Assembly (NCBI RefSeq): GCF_000008385.1
Contig: NC_006833.1
Span: 390,001-422,000, forward strand
Direction of reading: 5' to 3'
DNA: 32,000 nucleotides
DNA from: Wolbachia endosymbiont strain TRS of Brugia malayi
GTDB lineage: Bacteria > Pseudomonadota > Alphaproteobacteria > Rickettsiales > Anaplasmataceae
Shown: positions 30,565-32,000 of the stretch, in pieces
How positions within the stretch are numbered: position 1 is the stretch's first letter
How the letters are laid out: every line of letters begins with the position of its first letter
Program-made: the position numbers and the translations under genes
Notes under the pieces: model-generated
The model's input: the letters and a program-made list of their open reading frames with translations, nothing else
The model's database searches: none
What the model was told of the DNA's origin: nothing

Positions 30565-31889
30565 CTTAATTTCTTTGTTTTAGACTCATATTTTTTTATC
30601 CAGCTATCATATCTATTCGAAAAGATATAGGATTGTATTTGCATAATAGTATCAGTAGTAACATTAACTATAATCAACAAGCTCGTCCCACCAAAAATAA
30701 ATGGCATATCATAATAATATCTCATAACTTCAGGCACAGTACATATGACCACCAGATATGCGGAACCAATAAAAGTTAATTTAAAAACTATATCTTGAAG
30801 GTAATCAGAAGTGTGTTTTCCTGGTCTTCTACCAGGTATAAAACCACCATTTTTTTTAAGAAAATCTGCATTTTCTTCTGGATTAAATATAAAATTAGTA
30901 TAGAAAAAGTTAAAAAACACTATAAGCGCTAAGTAAGCTGCAATATAAACTACTTTGTTTGCCATAAAGTAGTTTAAAATAAAATCAGAAAAAGCATGCC
31001 CCTTATAGAAGTTTGCAATTGAAACAGGCGTTAATAAAATCGCATTGGCAAAAATAGTAGGTATTACACCAGATAAATTAATCTTTAACGGGATATAAGT
31101 AAAGTCATCACTATGCAATCTTTTAAACTGCTTTTTAGGATACTGAACAGTGACTTTCCTATAAGAAGATTCTACAAAAATAATTAAAAGTAGCAGTAAA
31201 AAAAATAACACAAAAACAAAAAGGATAATAAGCAACGACATGCTACCGTTTTTATTTAATGTTAACAGGAAGGAAAAAGCATTGTGCAACTCTGATATTA
31301 TACCTGTGAAGATGATTAATGAGATACCATTACCTATACCACTAGCGCTGATTTGCTCACCAAGCCATATTAGAAACATTGTTCCACCCAAAAGGCTGAA
31401 AATACCCACTGTACGAAACATAACACCAGGCTCGATTACAACTAATGTTCCTTCCCTGTTCATTCTTTCTAACCCAATCAGAATAGTAACTGATTGAAAT
31501 ATACAAAACACTATGGTCATATAACGTATGTAGGAATTCATCCTTCGACGTCCTAATTCTCCGTCATTTTTAACTTCATTAATTCCTTTAACGGCAGAAG
31601 ATAATAATTGCATAACTATAGATGCAACTATATATGGCATAACATTCAATACTAAAATGGTCATCCTAGCTAATGCCCCACCCGAAAATAGATTAAATAC
31701 TCCAAAAATACCAGCACCTTCTTTAGGGAATATATCATTAATTATATCAAGATTAATTCCAGGAATAGGTACATAAGTACCTAAACGATAACAAATTAAA
31801 GCTATTAGCGTAAAAAGCATACGCCTTAATAAATCACCTTTATATAATAAAGCAGGATCTAAACTATTAAACGCTGACTTGCTGCCCAT
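30561..31889 (-). CDS. secY: preprotein translocase subunit SecY
   Basis: [16 protein letters not shown]; [13 protein letters not shown]; [29 protein letters not shown]. Confidence 0.98.
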
Positions 31890-31892
31890 TAC

Positions 31893-32000
31893 TTATGATA
31901 GTATTTCCACACTACCACCAATTGAAGTTACAGATTTCTTTGCAGCTTCTGACGCAAAGTCAACATGAAATACACATCTCTCATTTAGCTTACCTTTATT
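31893..32000 (-). CDS. rplO: 50S ribosomal protein L15, C-terminal part (runs off window)
   Basis: Reverse-strand reading NKGKLNERCVFHVDFASEAAKKSVTSIGGSVEILS*, directly upstream of secY as in the alpha/spc operon. Confidence 0.85.
   Translation of the reverse strand, partial: NKGKLNERCVFHVDFASEAAKKSVTSIGGSVEILS

Noticed and set aside
1-32000. CRISPR array, toxin-antitoxin, restriction-modification or other defence system
   Set aside because: No regularly spaced direct repeats and no recognisable cas, TA, RM, abortive-infection or cytoplasmic-incompatibility (cif) motifs in the readable ORFs.

Overview
AT-rich chromosomal window from an Anaplasmataceae endosymbiont, most consistent with Wolbachia from gene content and order, read without database support. 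It is mostly conserved core genome. Minus-strand genes: tatC-gap, dnaB, an AsmA/YhdP-like giant protein-rnhA, a small CoxF-like ORF-ctaB-coxA-coxB, a HlyD-type type I secretion adaptor, M48 peptidase/TPR, ribB-greA, atpA-atpH, yraN, and rplQ-rpoA-rpsK-rpsM-adk-secY-rplO. Plus-strand genes: tRNA-Leu(CAA), an RDD protein, DciA/DUF721, rpmB-lipA, fabG and a VirB2 pilin. Degraded sequence sits between these blocks. It includes two diverged copies of a dispersed repeat carrying IS110-family transposase 3' remnants, a frameshifted fragment resembling the C-terminus of the gene-transfer-agent TIM-barrel/host-specificity protein, a strong 25-bp perfect stem-loop upstream of coxB, and a palindromic repeat. 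I found no convincing undescribed biological system, CRISPR array or defence island. The most useful second-look items are a 35-aa CoxF-like ORF missing from the supplied ORF track, the GTA remnant, the paired repeats, and the 18.2-kb stem-loop.
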